DNA from: an uncultured Ruminococcus sp.
GTDB taxonomy: Bacteria; Bacillota; Clostridia; Oscillospirales; CAG-272
Direction: 5' to 3'
Length of the DNA: 45,942 nt
Assembly: GCA_902783755.1 (NCBI GenBank)
Contig: CACZSC010000149.1
Coordinates: 1-45,942, forward strand
A model generated the notes under the pieces. That model was not told the DNA's origin. It searched no databases and saw only the letters and a list, made by a program, of their open reading frames with translations. The position numbers and the translations under genes were made by a program. Of the stretch, positions 45,449-45,942 are shown one piece after another; positions within the stretch are counted from its first letter, which is position 1; each line of letters starts with the position of its first letter.

Positions 45449-45942
45449 CAAGATTTCACTCCGCGGCGTGCGGATGAACAATTTGAAGAATATCTCGGTG
45501 GATATACCGAGGGACAAGCTGGTGGTCTTCACCGGCCTTTCCGGTTCCGGAAAATCCTCCCTGGCCTTTGACACCATCTACGCGGAAGGCCACAGAAGGT
45601 TCGTGGAGTCTCTGTCTTCATATGCCAGAATGTTCATAGGACAGCTGGACAAGCCGGATCTCGACTCTGTAGTCGGGCTGTCTCCGGCTATATCAATAGA
45701 CCAGAAGACGACCTCCAAGAACCCACGCTCGACCGTCGGGACCGTGACCGAGATATACGATTATCTCCGCCTTCTCTACTCACGCCTGGGAACTCCTCAC
45801 TGCCCGGTGTGCGGAAGAGAGATCAAGCAGTCTTCGACAGACGTGATCGTTGACAGCATCATGGAACTGCCTGAGGGCACAAGATTCATGATCCTTTCCC
45901 CGGTCGTAAGGGCAAAAAAGGGCCGTCAGGAAAAGGTGCTGG
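45441..45942 (+). CDS. uvrA: Excinuclease ABC subunit A (N-terminal fragment; continues past the right edge)
   Basis: This gene is absent from the ORF track because it has no stop in the window. Translation from the ATG at 45441 gives [89 protein letters not shown], which is unmistakably UvrA. Confidence 0.95.
   Translation, partial: MPDKISLRGVRMNNLKNISVDIPRDKLVVFTGLSGSGKSSLAFDTIYAEGHRRFVESLSSYARMFIGQLDKPDLDSVVGLSPAISIDQKTTSKNPRSTVGTVTEIYDYLRLLYSRLGTPHCPVCGREIKQSSTDVIVDSIMELPEGTRFMILSPVVRAKKGRQEKVL

Noticed and set aside
1-45942. A search for mobile-element hallmarks (integrase, transposase, tRNA attachment site, long direct or inverted repeats) flanking the Shango-like cassette or the sugar locus.
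   Set aside because: None could be seen by eye. The flanking genes are housekeeping, and I noticed no obvious compositional break. A horizontally acquired island cannot be claimed from this window. A proper GC/k-mer skew computation was not possible.

Overview
This is a 45.9-kb chromosomal segment. Its gene content, Gram-positive sigma-A promoters (TTGACA-17-TGnTATAAT) and two T-box leaders suggest an anaerobic Firmicutes/Clostridia genome of roughly 55% GC; that assignment is inference. I saw no rRNA, tRNA, CRISPR array, transposase or integrase.

Layout, left to right:
1. A minus-strand iorA-iorB-mnmM-vanY cluster.
2. An orphan ~980-aa glycoside-hydrolase-like gene, followed by a lipoprotein, a NifS-like cysteine desulfurase and a HAD hydrolase.
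3. The conserved rimP-nusA-rnpM(ylxR)-ylxQ-infB operon, with a promoter and a leader hairpin.
4. An M24 peptidase on the minus strand.
5. A Trp-specific (UGG) T-box leader driving a three-gene TrpXYZ-like ABC importer.
6. A 12.3-kb minus-strand carbohydrate locus. It has a 1069-aa solute-binding protein with duplicated beta-sandwich modules, two separate permease pairs, an NHL-propeller::Yip1 membrane protein and a ~1000-aa secreted DUF5696-like protein. It has no ATPase, no regulator and no recognisable glycoside-hydrolase family.
7. A ROK glucokinase, a paaK-like ligase plus ACT protein, and a zinc-ribbon membrane protein.
8. A second T-box leader (candidate CUC/Leu specifier) controlling an unusual TIM-barrel::acyl-CoA-synthetase fusion.
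9. A three-gene cassette of a TerB-N/TerB-C protein, a DUF2791-type P-loop ATPase and an Lhr-like DEAH helicase. This is the Shango-type defence architecture. Its last gene overlaps the start of uvrA by 8 nt.

The most interesting candidates are the Shango-type triad, the DUF5696/NHL-Yip1 double-permease sugar locus, and the T-box-controlled ligase fusion. All functional calls come from reading motifs by eye. No database search was run.
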